Positions 38,351 to 47,628 of a DNA stretch of 64,000 nucleotides are shown in pieces (positions within the stretch are counted from its first letter, which is position 1; each line of letters starts with the position of its first letter). Under the pieces are notes generated by a model. That model was not told where the DNA came from and ran no database searches. It saw only the letters and a program-made list of their open reading frames with translations. Where the stretch lies: the NCBI GenBank assembly GCA_041648595.1, contig JBAZOQ010000001.1, positions 82,242-146,241 on the forward strand, in the 5' to 3' direction. The DNA is from Minisyncoccota bacterium. GTDB lineage: Bacteria; Patescibacteriota; Minisyncoccia; Phycocordibacterales; UBA9973. The translations under genes were made by a program, and so were the position numbers.

Positions 38351-39403
38351 TCACCTACTAATAACAGCTAAAATTATACCTATAATAGAAAAAGCAACAG
38401 ATAAAATCCAGAAACGCATTGTAACTTTATAAGATGGCCAACCTAGTGCTTCAAAATGATGATGAATTGGAGCTAATCGAAATATTTTCTTACCATTTCT
38501 TAATTTTTTTGAAAAAACTTGTAAAATGACAGACAAAGAACTGATAACGAGAGGCATTGCAACAATTGGAAGAATCAAAATTGAATCAGTCAAAAATGCT
38601 AGTGTCGCAAGTGTTATTGTAAGCCCTATAATTCCTGTTTCTCCCATATAAAATCTAGCTGGAGGAATATTAAACCAAAGAAATGCTAATATTGCTCCAG
38701 TTATAACGGCTGAAAATGCAGCTATATCTATTTGATTGTTTGTAAATGCTATTACTGAATAAGCAGCAAAAATAGAAGATAATACTCCACCTGAAAGGCC
38801 GTCTATACCATCTATGACACCACCTGAAAAAGTAGCTAATGCAACTATTATAAAAAGTGGAATAATTAAAATACCTAAATATAATTCTCCACTAAATGGA
38901 ATATGTATTGTTACCATTCCTAATTTAAAATAAAAATAAAGTCCAATTAAAAAAGAAATACAAAATACTAAAAATACTTTCCATTTACGCCAAGACTTAT
39001 CATCATGAGCAATCTTTCCTTTTCCATAAATTTGTATTAAATCATCCCAAAGTCCCAAAAATGATCCAAAAAGTAAAACTAAAAGAGGTATTAAGGTTTG
39101 ATTTTTACTCAAAAAGTTTATCTTTTCAGTAATTTCTGTTGGAAATAAAATTGAAATTATATAAAAAATTAAAGTTGAAAAAAGTATTGAAACCCATATT
39201 ATTATTCCACCAACTCGAGGAGTTTTAAGTTCTTCCTCTTCATTATGAACTTTTTGAAATTCTGTATTAGTAACATCATTACGAGAATATTTTTTCCACA
39301 TTTGGTATTTATAAAAAAAATGTGTTGCAAATGGTGTTATAAAAAGCCCTATTAAAAGAGCCATTATCATTGGCAAAAATATTTTAACTAAATTTAAAAG
39401 CAT
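38351..39403 (-). CDS. mraY: phospho-N-acetylmuramoyl-pentapeptide transferase
   Basis: The polytopic membrane protein carries the APIHHHFEALGW motif. Confidence 0.85.
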   Translation of the reverse strand: MLLNLVKIFLPMIMALLIGLFITPFATHFFYKYQMWKKYSRNDVTNTEFQKVHNEEEELKTPRVGGIIIWVSILFSTLIFYIISILFPTEITEKINFLSKNQTLIPLLVLLFGSFLGLWDDLIQIYGKGKIAHDDKSWRKWKVFLVFCISFLIGLYFYFKLGMVTIHIPFSGELYLGILIIPLFIIVALATFSGGVIDGIDGLSGGVLSSIFAAYSVIAFTNNQIDIAAFSAVITGAILAFLWFNIPPARFYMGETGIIGLTITLATLAFLTDSILILPIVAMPLVISSLSVILQVFSKKLRNGKKIFRLAPIHHHFEALGWPSYKVTMRFWILSVAFSIIGIILAVISR

Positions 39404-39459
39404 ATAGAGATTATAACAGATTTTCTAAAACTGTGTATAACCAAAGAAAGACCACCATT

Positions 39460-40350
39460 CTAGAGATCTACTTTATATAGTGTATCTATAATTTTTTCTA
39501 TATCAGAAAATCTACCTTCTCTTGTTGATCCTAATACTGTAATAGCTATATTGTGATCATATTGATTTTTGTAAATTATAGTTAAATTACCACCAGCAAG
39601 TGGTGTATATCCTGTTTTAGAAAATAAAATATTAAGAATTTTATCTAAAATAACATCAGTATTTTTTATTTTGTGCTCAAAACCATCTTCAGATTTTATT
39701 GTTATTTCTGGTAAAATACTTGCACTAAATATCTCAGGATATAATTTAAATCCATATATAGCCATAATATTTACATCATTTGCTGAAGAATAAGCACCCA
39801 CATTTTCTTCATCAATATCTAAACCAGTAAAATTAAAAAAAGATGTATTCTCCATACCGATCATTAGTGCTTTATTATTCATTTTTTCTAAAAAACTATT
39901 ATTATTTTCCGAAAAAGCATAAGCACCATCATTCGCAGAGCCAACTAAAGTAAATTTAGCTAAATCCCTAATCTTAAATTTTTCATTAACAAAAAATCCA
40001 TAATCCCCTTCTTGCTTTACCGCTTCTTTAGAAATAGAAATAACATCATCCATTTTATGATTATTAAGAACAACAATAGTACTCATTATTTTAGTCAATG
40101 ATGCAATAGGCATTTTTATATTATCATTCCTTCCATAAATTTTTCTATTTAAAGTTTCATCATAAATAGATATTGCCTTAGCTTCTATTGGAATATTTGA
40201 AAACGTATCATATATCTTTGCAATTTTATTTTCTTCGTTTTTATACTGAAGTTCTAATTTATTATTACCAATAGAAAAAAAAATTGCTTCTATTGCAAAT
40301 AAAATTAATATAAAAAATAACAAATTATTTTCTTTAGATGTCTCCATCAT
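39460..40350 (-). CDS. D-alanyl-D-alanine carboxypeptidase (S11, PBP5/6-like)
   Basis: The SxxK (SLTKIMS), SxN (SANDG) and KTG (KTGYT) motifs are present. Confidence 0.8.
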   Translation of the reverse strand: MMETSKENNLLFFILILFAIEAIFFSIGNNKLELQYKNEENKIAKIYDTFSNIPIEAKAISIYDETLNRKIYGRNDNIKMPIASLTKIMSTIVVLNNHKMDDVISISKEAVKQEGDYGFFVNEKFKIRDLAKFTLVGSANDGAYAFSENNNSFLEKMNNKALMIGMENTSFFNFTGLDIDEENVGAYSSANDVNIMAIYGFKLYPEIFSASILPEITIKSEDGFEHKIKNTDVILDKILNILFSKTGYTPLAGGNLTIIYKNQYDHNIAITVLGSTREGRFSDIEKIIDTLYKVDL

Positions 40351-40357
40351 TTTTTAA

Positions 40358-40891
40358 TTATTCTTCTAAATTTTGTGCCATAGATTCAATGGAACTATTT
40401 ATTAATTCATAATCTGGTAATTCTTCTACAGATTTTACGCCCATAAATGAAAGAAGTTCAAATGTAGGTTTATAAATATAACGTCTACTATCTTCAGAAT
40501 CAATATTTTTTTCTATCAAACCCCTAATAGATAACGCCCTTAATGTAAAACTGGAATTTACTCCTCGTATGTAGTCAATAAGAGATCTGCCTACTCCTTT
40601 TTTGTAAAGAATAATTGATAATGTTTCTAAACTTGCTTTTGAAAGTTCTTTATTTAATTCCTCTTTTTGTAATCTCTCTATAATATCTGAAAGTTCTGGC
40701 GCTGTTCCTAAAGTTATCTCATTCTCTTTTTCTTGTAACACTATTCCTCTACTTTTTAAATTTTCTTTTAATTTCTCTAATGCTTCATTTATTTCAATCT
40801 GTTCCACACCCAAAAACTCTGCGAGCTTTTTTCGAGACATTGGTTCTCCTTTAAAGAAAAGTATTGCTTCTATTTTTTGTTCTAAATTCAT
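40358..40891 (-). CDS. scpB: segregation and condensation protein B
   Basis: Tandem winged-helix ScpB pattern (EAILFFKGEPMS...). Confidence 0.8.
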   Translation of the reverse strand: MNLEQKIEAILFFKGEPMSRKKLAEFLGVEQIEINEALEKLKENLKSRGIVLQEKENEITLGTAPELSDIIERLQKEELNKELSKASLETLSIILYKKGVGRSLIDYIRGVNSSFTLRALSIRGLIEKNIDSEDSRRYIYKPTFELLSFMGVKSVEELPDYELINSSIESMAQNLEE

Positions 40892-40900
40892 AATTTGTTT

Positions 40901-41002
40901 AGACTCCCTGAAATTAAAAAATTTTAAGAGTCGTGGGTTCCCTGTCCTTATGACTCCGAGGGCGAAGGCTCAGAAATTTTTTGAATTTCTGGGAGTCTAT
41001 TA
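40901..41002. repeat. Palindromic GC-core element family C, copy 2 (reverse orientation); supplies the last 14 codons and stop of scpA
   Basis: The sequence agactccctgaaattaaaaaattttaagagtcgtgggttccctgtccttatgactccgagggcgaaggctcagaaattttttgaatttctgggagtct has complementary arms. The scpA C-terminus PEIQKISEPSPSES* is read from the element. Confidence 0.75.
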
Positions 41003-41742
41003 ATTATAATATCTTCAAAATTATTATCTTGAACCACATGAAGCATTCCCTGCCTTACAAGTTCTAGCATAGCAAGAAAACCAATAATTACAACCACCTT
41101 CTCTTCTTTTGTCACTGCTTTTCCCGCAAAATCCTTAAAACTCATTTTTAATGCTCCTTCTATTCTTTTAGTCAATTTATCAATCATTTCTTCTATACTT
41201 ATCACTTTTTTCACTTCTACTTCTGGCAAAAATACTTTTTTAGGAATTCTATCTAAGGCACCATGTGCAAAAGTCATCATACTTTCTTTTGTGATTTGTT
41301 CATCAGGTAAAAATATTAATACCTCATTTTTTCTTTCAAGCGGTGCAAAAATTATTTTTTTACCAAACATTTCTTTTATATGTACTCCTAATTTAGTATA
41401 AAGTTCATATAATTTTAACCTATCTTCCAAACTATGTATGTCACTCTCTTCTTCAGAAGTTAAATTCAAATTAGGTAAAAGTGATTTTGATTTTATTAAA
41501 ATAAGTGTAGCTGCTACTACTATAAAATTTGATATTTCAAAAGTTCTTTTATCTTTTGATAAAGATTCATCTTCTTGTATTTTTTTAAAATAATTTAAAT
41601 AATCTTCAGTGACCTGTGCTAATGATAAATCATTAATAAAAAATTTCCTTTCTTCTATCAAAGAAAGCAATAAATGAAAAGGCCCTTCAAAGGCTTCTGT
41701 CTTTATTTGATATAAATCGTCTTTATCTGTTTCTGTTTCCAC
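40948..41742 (-). CDS. scpA: segregation and condensation protein A
   Basis: N-terminal ScpA kleisin motif (LYQIKTEAFEGPFHLLLSLIEERKFFINDLSLAQVTEDYLNY). Confidence 0.8.
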   Translation of the reverse strand: METETDKDDLYQIKTEAFEGPFHLLLSLIEERKFFINDLSLAQVTEDYLNYFKKIQEDESLSKDKRTFEISNFIVVAATLILIKSKSLLPNLNLTSEEESDIHSLEDRLKLYELYTKLGVHIKEMFGKKIIFAPLERKNEVLIFLPDEQITKESMMTFAHGALDRIPKKVFLPEVEVKKVISIEEMIDKLTKRIEGALKMSFKDFAGKAVTKEEKVVVIIGFLAMLELVRQGMLHVVQDNNFEDIIINRLPEIQKISEPSPSES

Positions 41743-41766
41743 CTTTATATTATAACACGCTTTAAT

Positions 41767-42459
41767 CTATTTTAGTGTGATACTTTGCAAAATGATAGGT
41801 TCAATAGGTCTGTCGGAACTATCTGTTTTTACAGAATTTATTTTTTCTGCAACATCAAGTCCAACTGTAATTTTTGCAAAGACAGTATGTTTTGTATCTA
41901 AAAAATTATTTGTAGCTGCATTAATAAAAAATTGGCTACCATTTGTATTTGGTCCAGAATTTGCCATTGCTATAGTGCCTATATCATTCTTGTTACTAGA
42001 AGTTAATTCATCATCAAACTTATATTCTGGTCCTCCTGTACCCCAAAGATTTTCTTTTGTATCATCTTTTGAAAGTGGATCACCACCTTGACTCATAAAA
42101 CCTTTTATAATTCGATGAAATTTTGTACCATCATAAAAACCACTTTCTGCAAGTTTAATAAAATTTTCTACAGTCTTGGGTGTGTTTGGATTAAATTCTA
42201 TTGTAATATCTCCTTTGTTTGTTTTTAATGTAACTGTCATAATCTTTTTATTTTCTTCCTTATTTATAATATTTTGATCTTGTCCATTAGTAATAGGTTC
42301 TTGTGTTGCAGTTTCTGGTGTATTTACGGCAGATTCAACTGGTAAACTAGCTTCTTTTGTGTCAGAAACTTTTAATACATCACCTATATTTGAAACAGAC
42401 AACCAATATCCCAAACCAAGTACTACTAGTAGTAAAAACACAATTCCATATTTATTCAT
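41767..42459 (-). CDS. peptidyl-prolyl cis-trans isomerase, cyclophilin type, membrane-anchored/secreted
   Basis: The cyclophilin signature FHRIIKGFMSQGGDP follows an N-terminal TM/signal. Confidence 0.85.
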   Translation of the reverse strand: MNKYGIVFLLLVVLGLGYWLSVSNIGDVLKVSDTKEASLPVESAVNTPETATQEPITNGQDQNIINKEENKKIMTVTLKTNKGDITIEFNPNTPKTVENFIKLAESGFYDGTKFHRIIKGFMSQGGDPLSKDDTKENLWGTGGPEYKFDDELTSSNKNDIGTIAMANSGPNTNGSQFFINAATNNFLDTKHTVFAKITVGLDVAEKINSVKTDSSDRPIEPIILQSITLK

Positions 42460-42485
42460 ACTTATATATTTATATTTTAAAATTT

Positions 42486-42518
42486 CAGCCTGAGGCTGAT
42501 CCGCCTTTGGCGGAAAAT
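42486..42518. repeat. GC-rich double hairpin, family D copy 2 (intergenic)
   Basis: The sequence cagcctgaggctg atccgcctttggcggaaaa shares gatccgccYttggcggaaaa with the priA-internal copy at 2329..2360. Confidence 0.7.
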
Positions 42519-42519
42519 T

Positions 42520-42543
42520 TATAATATTTTGATTATATCATAA
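42520..42543 (+). repeat. 24-bp direct repeat tataatattttgattatatcataa, copy 1 (copy 2 at 43219..43242); the pair brackets gene 42569..43201
   Basis: The match is exact over 24 bp, with ~700 bp between copies. Confidence 0.7.
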
Positions 42544-42568
42544 ACATCATAATTGATTAAATTTACTA

Positions 42569-43201
42569 CTAATTTTTAATTTCTTTAAAGAATTTATTCC
42601 ATCGCAATCTTTCATCTGCCTCTGTTAATTGTTGCACGGTAGTACTAACAATTATAAATATAATCAATAATAAAACAGAACTTATCTCAAAACCGACAGA
42701 ACCTGAAAAAAGAATAAAAAACATCATAATCCACAATGGTAAGTATCTGAAAAAACCAGTATTTCCACCCATATCATCTTTTTCTTCATATTCATAAAGT
42801 TCTTCACGTTGTTTATAGAATATAATTTCTTTATATATAGATAATCCTATAAATAACAAAAACAGCAAAACACCTTGATTAAATTGATTTTCAAAAAAAA
42901 TAAAAAGATATTTTCTTAATACAAATGCATGAATTCCTAAAAAAATGATAGTCCAAATATTAAATAAAAATATAACAAAAAATGAATATTTAAATTTTAT
43001 CATAAATATATTTGTAATAGAGAAAAATAACAATAGCTGTATAAAAAAAACAGAAATTGCGGCAGGAAAAGTCCAATATTCCAATATACCGAAGATTAAA
43101 GATGAAAAAAAATAAAAAATATCAACATAAATTGTTTTACTATTTGGTATTTCTTTAACTAAAGGTAATAGAAAAATTTTTATTTTTTCGGACATATCCA
43201 T
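42569..43201 (-). CDS. hypothetical polytopic membrane protein
   Basis: A 210-aa protein with 5-6 hydrophobic helices, flanked by the 24-bp direct repeats. Confidence 0.5.
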   Translation of the reverse strand: MDMSEKIKIFLLPLVKEIPNSKTIYVDIFYFFSSLIFGILEYWTFPAAISVFFIQLLLFFSITNIFMIKFKYSFFVIFLFNIWTIIFLGIHAFVLRKYLFIFFENQFNQGVLLFLLFIGLSIYKEIIFYKQREELYEYEEKDDMGGNTGFFRYLPLWIMMFFILFSGSVGFEISSVLLLIIFIIVSTTVQQLTEADERLRWNKFFKEIKN

Positions 43202-43243
43202 ATATTTATATTAATTTCTATAATATTTTGATTATATCATAAT

Positions 43244-43618
43244 TTAAAACCAGACCCCTATCGTAACTTTAATATTTAAATTATCATAAAGATTCTCTTC
43301 AAAACGAATTTGTTTTTTAAGAGGCAAAATATATGTCGGAGAATACCTATCTGGAAAAATGGAAGTCACCCATTCACTTTTCTTTACCTTAGCTTTAACA
43401 TAAATAGCACCCCAACCACGTCGAAGCTTCCCTTTTTGCATTTCTTTAATTTCAGCAGATATTTTTTCTGATACCCTAGCAAACCGCCAAGCACTATCAA
43501 CATTTTCTCTATCAGTTCCATATGCCCAGACAATCACTTTACTTTTAAATTTAAAAGTTCTTCGTATTTTTCCAACCTTAATTTCTTTTTTTATTTTAAT
43601 TTTTAAATTCTTTGACAT
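43244..43618 (-). CDS. hypothetical protein
   Basis: A 124-aa basic protein with no motif recognised. Confidence 0.4.
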   Translation of the reverse strand: MSKNLKIKIKKEIKVGKIRRTFKFKSKVIVWAYGTDRENVDSAWRFARVSEKISAEIKEMQKGKLRRGWGAIYVKAKVKKSEWVTSIFPDRYSPTYILPLKKQIRFEENLYDNLNIKVTIGVWF

Positions 43619-43701
43619 CTACTTATTAAATTGACTAACCCAAAATATTTTTTTATCTTTTAACCACTTTAATATTAGTTTTCCATATTTTTATAATATC
43701 T

Positions 43702-43735
43702 AACATCCTTACAAACTCCAGTTTGTAAGGATGTT
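43702..43735. terminator. 15-bp-stem hairpin aacatccttacaaac tcca gtttgtaaggatgtt, downstream of the ArsR-family gene
   Basis: It has a perfect stem and shares the core ctacaaactccagtttgtag with the hairpin at ~44037..44070. Confidence 0.55.
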
Positions 43736-43736
43736 A

Positions 43737-44036
43737 TTATGTTTGTTTAAATAATTTTAAAAAATTAACAAAGATTTTACCATATGGAGATAAAGTATGT
43801 TCAACAAATTTACCTTTATATTTTTTATTAATCAATCCTGCTTGGTGAAGTCTTCGAGTATGCTCTCCTATTGTTTTCGGATTTGCATCAAGCGTTTCAA
43901 TAATACCATCAAGAGTTATTCCATCTTCCTTGGCTACAAGAAGTAATATTTCAATGCGATGATGGTTTGCCATACCTTTGAGATGTCGCTCCATTTGTTT
44001 AGCTGTTTTTATTTTACCCATATTTATATTATACAC
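43737..44036 (-). CDS. ArsR/SmtB-family winged-helix transcriptional regulator; GTG start
   Basis: HHRIEILLLVAKEDGITLDGIIETL...HTRRLHQAGLI is the ArsR HTH signature. Confidence 0.75.
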   Translation of the reverse strand: MYNINMGKIKTAKQMERHLKGMANHHRIEILLLVAKEDGITLDGIIETLDANPKTIGEHTRRLHQAGLINKKYKGKFVEHTLSPYGKIFVNFLKLFKQT

Positions 44037-44070
44037 AATACCCCTACAAACTCCAGTTTGTAGGGGTATT
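44037..44070. terminator. Second hairpin of the same family, aatacccc(c)tacaaac tcca gtttgtaggggtatt, between the SWIB gene and the ArsR gene
   Basis: The loop and inner stem are the same as 43702..43735, while the outer stem carries compensatory changes. Confidence 0.55.
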
Positions 44071-44122
44071 ATTTAAATTAGAAGCAAAAATTATTTCTTT
44101 GCTTTTTTGGTTTAACTTAAAA

Positions 44123-44419
44123 TTATGAAAGATGCTTGGAAACAAGCTTGGTCATTTCAAACATATTGACTACACTTTTGCCACCAAACACTTTCTTGAG
44201 TGCAGCATCAGCTACGATATTACGCTTGTTCTTTGGGTCTTGAAGATTATTCTTCTTGATATATACCCACAATACCTTTACCACCTCAGACCTAGGCATA
44301 GGACCCTTGCCTACTACTTCTGCCAATTCTGTACTTATCTTCATTGGCTTCATAAATGCGGAAACTTTTTTTTCTGCCATATAATTTCTTGTTGTTAATC
44401 CCGGCACCTTAATTTTCAT
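44123..44419 (-). CDS. SWIB/MDM2-domain protein
   Basis: KPMKISTELAEVVGKGPMPRSEVVKVLWVYIKKNNLQDPKNKRNIVADAALKKVFGGKSVVNMFEMTKLVSKHL matches the SWIB domain consensus over its whole length. Confidence 0.75.
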   Translation of the reverse strand: MKIKVPGLTTRNYMAEKKVSAFMKPMKISTELAEVVGKGPMPRSEVVKVLWVYIKKNNLQDPKNKRNIVADAALKKVFGGKSVVNMFEMTKLVSKHLS

Positions 44420-44487
44420 TTTGGGTCGAGACTCCGACTTTACGTCGGGGTTAATAATATCTATATATTATAGCATAATTTTACTTC

Positions 44488-44652
44488 TTATGCCCTTTAG
44501 AATAACCTGCTACATTTAAAGCAATGGCTATTATTTGTTTATGACTTCTAATCTTACCATTCGCCCCACGAGCCTTTCCTGTCTTTTTATTATCAGCCTC
44601 TAATTCTTTTATATTTTCACCTATATTCTTTTTTCCTTTCAATAATGGCATA
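44488..44652 (-). CDS. hypothetical small basic protein (~54 aa; not in the ORF track; coordinates approximate)
   Basis: Hand translation gives MPLLKGKKNIGENIKELEADNKKTGKARGANGKIRSHKQIIAIALNVAGYSKGHK. Confidence 0.25.
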
Positions 44653-44727
44653 TATTTAATTTTTTATTAATAGCACAATGATGGTTTTTAGGTAAAGATA
44701 ATTATAAAATATACATATTTCAATAAT

Positions 44728-44910
44728 TTAGTTTTGTGTTATTTCTTTAAAAAACTCTTCCCCATACAAATTTTTTATTTCAGTATTTATTTTATCTATT
44801 AAACTTAAAAATAATTTTTCAAAAACTTCTCTTGCTTTTTTATAATCTTCTTCATTGAGTTTTATTTTTGTCCCTATTGGATGGTTTTTTGCAAATTTAG
44901 TATTTCTCAT
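44728..44910 (-). CDS. hypothetical small protein
   Basis: A 60-aa ORF downstream of, and co-oriented with, the methyltransferase and the 159-aa gene. Confidence 0.3.
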   Translation of the reverse strand: MRNTKFAKNHPIGTKIKLNEEDYKKAREVFEKLFLSLIDKINTEIKNLYGEEFFKEITQN

Positions 44911-45023
44911 TTGTTTTAAATATCTTTCATCAATCTTTGAAAAAGAATGAACAATAACATGTCTTAGTGCCTGATATTTTATTATATTATCTTTTATTTC
45001 ATCATCAATTTTTAAATTTATTT

Positions 45024-45503
45024 TTAAATATTCTTCAAAAAACGAAGTGTGCTTTGTAAATCTTGAAAATTAAATTCTACACCTAATGATTTCGTTATTA
45101 CTTCTCCTAGCGTTGAAAATTTATAATTTAATACACTAACTTCAAAAACAATTTTTTTATCCTCTTTTGGCCACTGAATAATATCATGATATTCGTTTAC
45201 TATTGTGATTACTAAATCAGTTAGTGATGATTCTAAATTTGAAACTAGAAGAACATTAGCTTGATTGTAAATAACTTCATATTTATCTTTTAAACTTGGA
45301 TGATTTTTTATTTTTTCAATTTCACCAATAACTCTTTCAAGCTTTTCTTTGTAAAGAATAAAACCAGGAATTTTTTCATTCTCTTTTTCTAGTGATTTCA
45401 AAAGAACAAGTAATATTTTACTCACATCTGATCCTATTCGAGTGATTTGATCAATGGACTCTATATTTTTTCTATATTTCTCTAAAATTAATCCTGGCGA
45501 CAT
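45024..45503 (-). CDS. hypothetical protein directly downstream of the methyltransferase gene (possible partner or specificity component)
   Basis: A 159-aa, mostly helical protein with no PD-(D/E)xK or HEPN motif that I can confirm. Confidence 0.4.
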   Translation of the reverse strand: MSPGLILEKYRKNIESIDQITRIGSDVSKILLVLLKSLEKENEKIPGFILYKEKLERVIGEIEKIKNHPSLKDKYEVIYNQANVLLVSNLESSLTDLVITIVNEYHDIIQWPKEDKKIVFEVSVLNYKFSTLGEVITKSLGVEFNFQDLQSTLRFLKNI

Positions 45504-45520
45504 TTTTTTATAAAATTATT

Positions 45521-47578
45521 TTAATAATTGATATTTAAATAATTTCGGCTGGATTTCTGTTCGGCAGTTGTAAAATAAATATCTCGCTCATACCAATTTT
45601 TTTGCGGATAAAGTTTTGCGGCAAAAAGAGGGAGTTTTTCGATAAAATTATCAGAACGAAGATAAAAACCACGAATATTGTATCTTGTAGCTCGCAATAG
45701 ATGTATGTCATGTTGTGTGATGGCAAAACCTTTTGGTACTAAATATCCAATAATATTTTTATTATAAAAAGATTTACCATCAACTTTCCTACCAGTTATT
45801 TGAGATCCGTCATCTTCACAATATATATTTGTAATAATGTCATCTTTAAATGTTCGACGATCATAATATGACTCAAGTGTACTATGAGCTTTTTTTATTG
45901 TGATTTTTTCAAGCGAAACAATTTTTTCTTCTTGCTCTTGCATATTTTGAGTATAAATATCAAATGCTTTTAAGGTTAATTCTTCAACACTTTGATTTTC
46001 ATTTTGCCAAGCAATACAACTAATTGAGCTTTCACTGGCATGAAAATATTTACGATTAAAAAGATATCCATCTATAAACTTTCTATTACCAAGACCAAGT
46101 GATTTCCAGTACTTAATCGGCGAAAATAGCACATAACAATCATTCGGTTTTGTTAAATAATATTTCCATCCACTCCAATTAAATTGATTCGAAATGTCAC
46201 GAGCAGTTGATACATTAGAGTTTGCCAGATTTTTTAAATCAAGTTTCATATTCTCAAACACAAAAGTCCCTTTGCTGGTTTTATTTGTTAAATTATCAGT
46301 ATTCGCAGCACTACTGTCTCTATAAGGTGGATTCTCAAATAAAATGATATTGGTCTTTTTATCTTTTACAAAATTATTTAGCTCGGTGATAGATTTGATA
46401 TACTCCTTACTTATTTTAATTTTTGTTTTTCCGAGTATAAATTGTTCACTCAAAGCATCGCCACCATTTACAAGAGGCTCACGCCCGGTAACCTCCACCG
46501 GTGGTGGAATAATCTTTTTTACCTTAAGACCAAACCGTCCATTCAAAACAATCCATTCTTTTAATTCATAAGTGTTAACGATGGCATGCGATAATTCATT
46601 ATTAAAAATATAATCATGAATATTTATTTTTGTTTTATATTTTTCTAGTTTGCCAATAGTTATTTGATTAAAATCACTAAATTTAATAAGGGAAAGAACA
46701 TTTGCTTTATCTTTTAAATATTTATCAACAAATTCATCTGAAAGATATTTTCGCAATTCGCTGATAGTAATGTCATTTACTAGTTTATCAGTTAAAAATT
46801 CCAAAAGATTGCCGGTGCCGGCGCAACGATCAAGAATAATATAATCATTGCCTTTGGGAATCTAAGCAATAGCTTTGCGAACAAGTTCAGTGGCTTTCTT
46901 GCAATAAGCAGGCGGTGTATAAAAAGCGCCTAGCTCCTTGCGATGCATACGATCGTTTAGAAGATCCATTATGTATTTGAAATCTTTTTCCTTGCCTTTC
47001 CATAGCTGAATAAATTTTTTAAAATGTTTTGGCTCTCGAAATTCTTCAAAAAGTTTGATTTTTGTTGCTCTGGGATTTTCATCATAAAAACGATTGGACC
47101 ATCCAACAACGTCATATATGTCAATTGTTACTTTAGTAAAATTGTTTGTTTGAAGCAACTCAGTGATACATTGAATGCCGACAGGTTTATCATATTTAAT
47201 AACTTCTGGTTTTAATGTTGTACTAAACTCATCATTACTCTTGCTGGCAGCACCGATAAAAGGCGGACAGTTTATATAATCACGGGCAAAATCTTGAGAA
47301 TTAAACAGATAGGCAATTTCTTGATTTAGATCCACTAATAAGATGTTTGCTGGAATGCTAATACCCTTGACGCGTATATGGTTAAGATATTTTAGTGTTT
47401 GAAAAAGTACAGCATTGATATTATTGATATTAGGCTTAAATTCAAATATATTTCCGTTATAGATACCGTCGGTGTTATTACTGAGTTCGGTATCCGTAAT
47501 TCCAAATTTTTTAAAAAATTCAAATTGGCCCTCGCGCTCAGATTGAAAGTTATTCCCAGATTTGAATGTTTTTTTCAT
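45521..47578 (-). pseudogene. N6-adenine DNA methyltransferase (gamma-class; motif X GAFYTPP, motif I ILDRCAGTGNLL, motif IV NPPY, C-terminal TRD) interrupted by a single in-frame TAG at 46862..46864
   Basis: Track ORFs 46862..47578 and 45521..46804 are in the same frame. The M of the downstream ORF is really a TTG Leu codon. Translation through the TAG gives ...VRKAIA*IPKGNDYIILDRCAGTGNLLEFLTDKL..., restoring the conserved AdoMet motif I between motifs X and IV. Confidence 0.7.
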
Positions 47579-47628
47579 AATTTTATTTCTCCAACTTTTT
47601 ATATAAAGTTTAGTTTTATTATTAAAAT

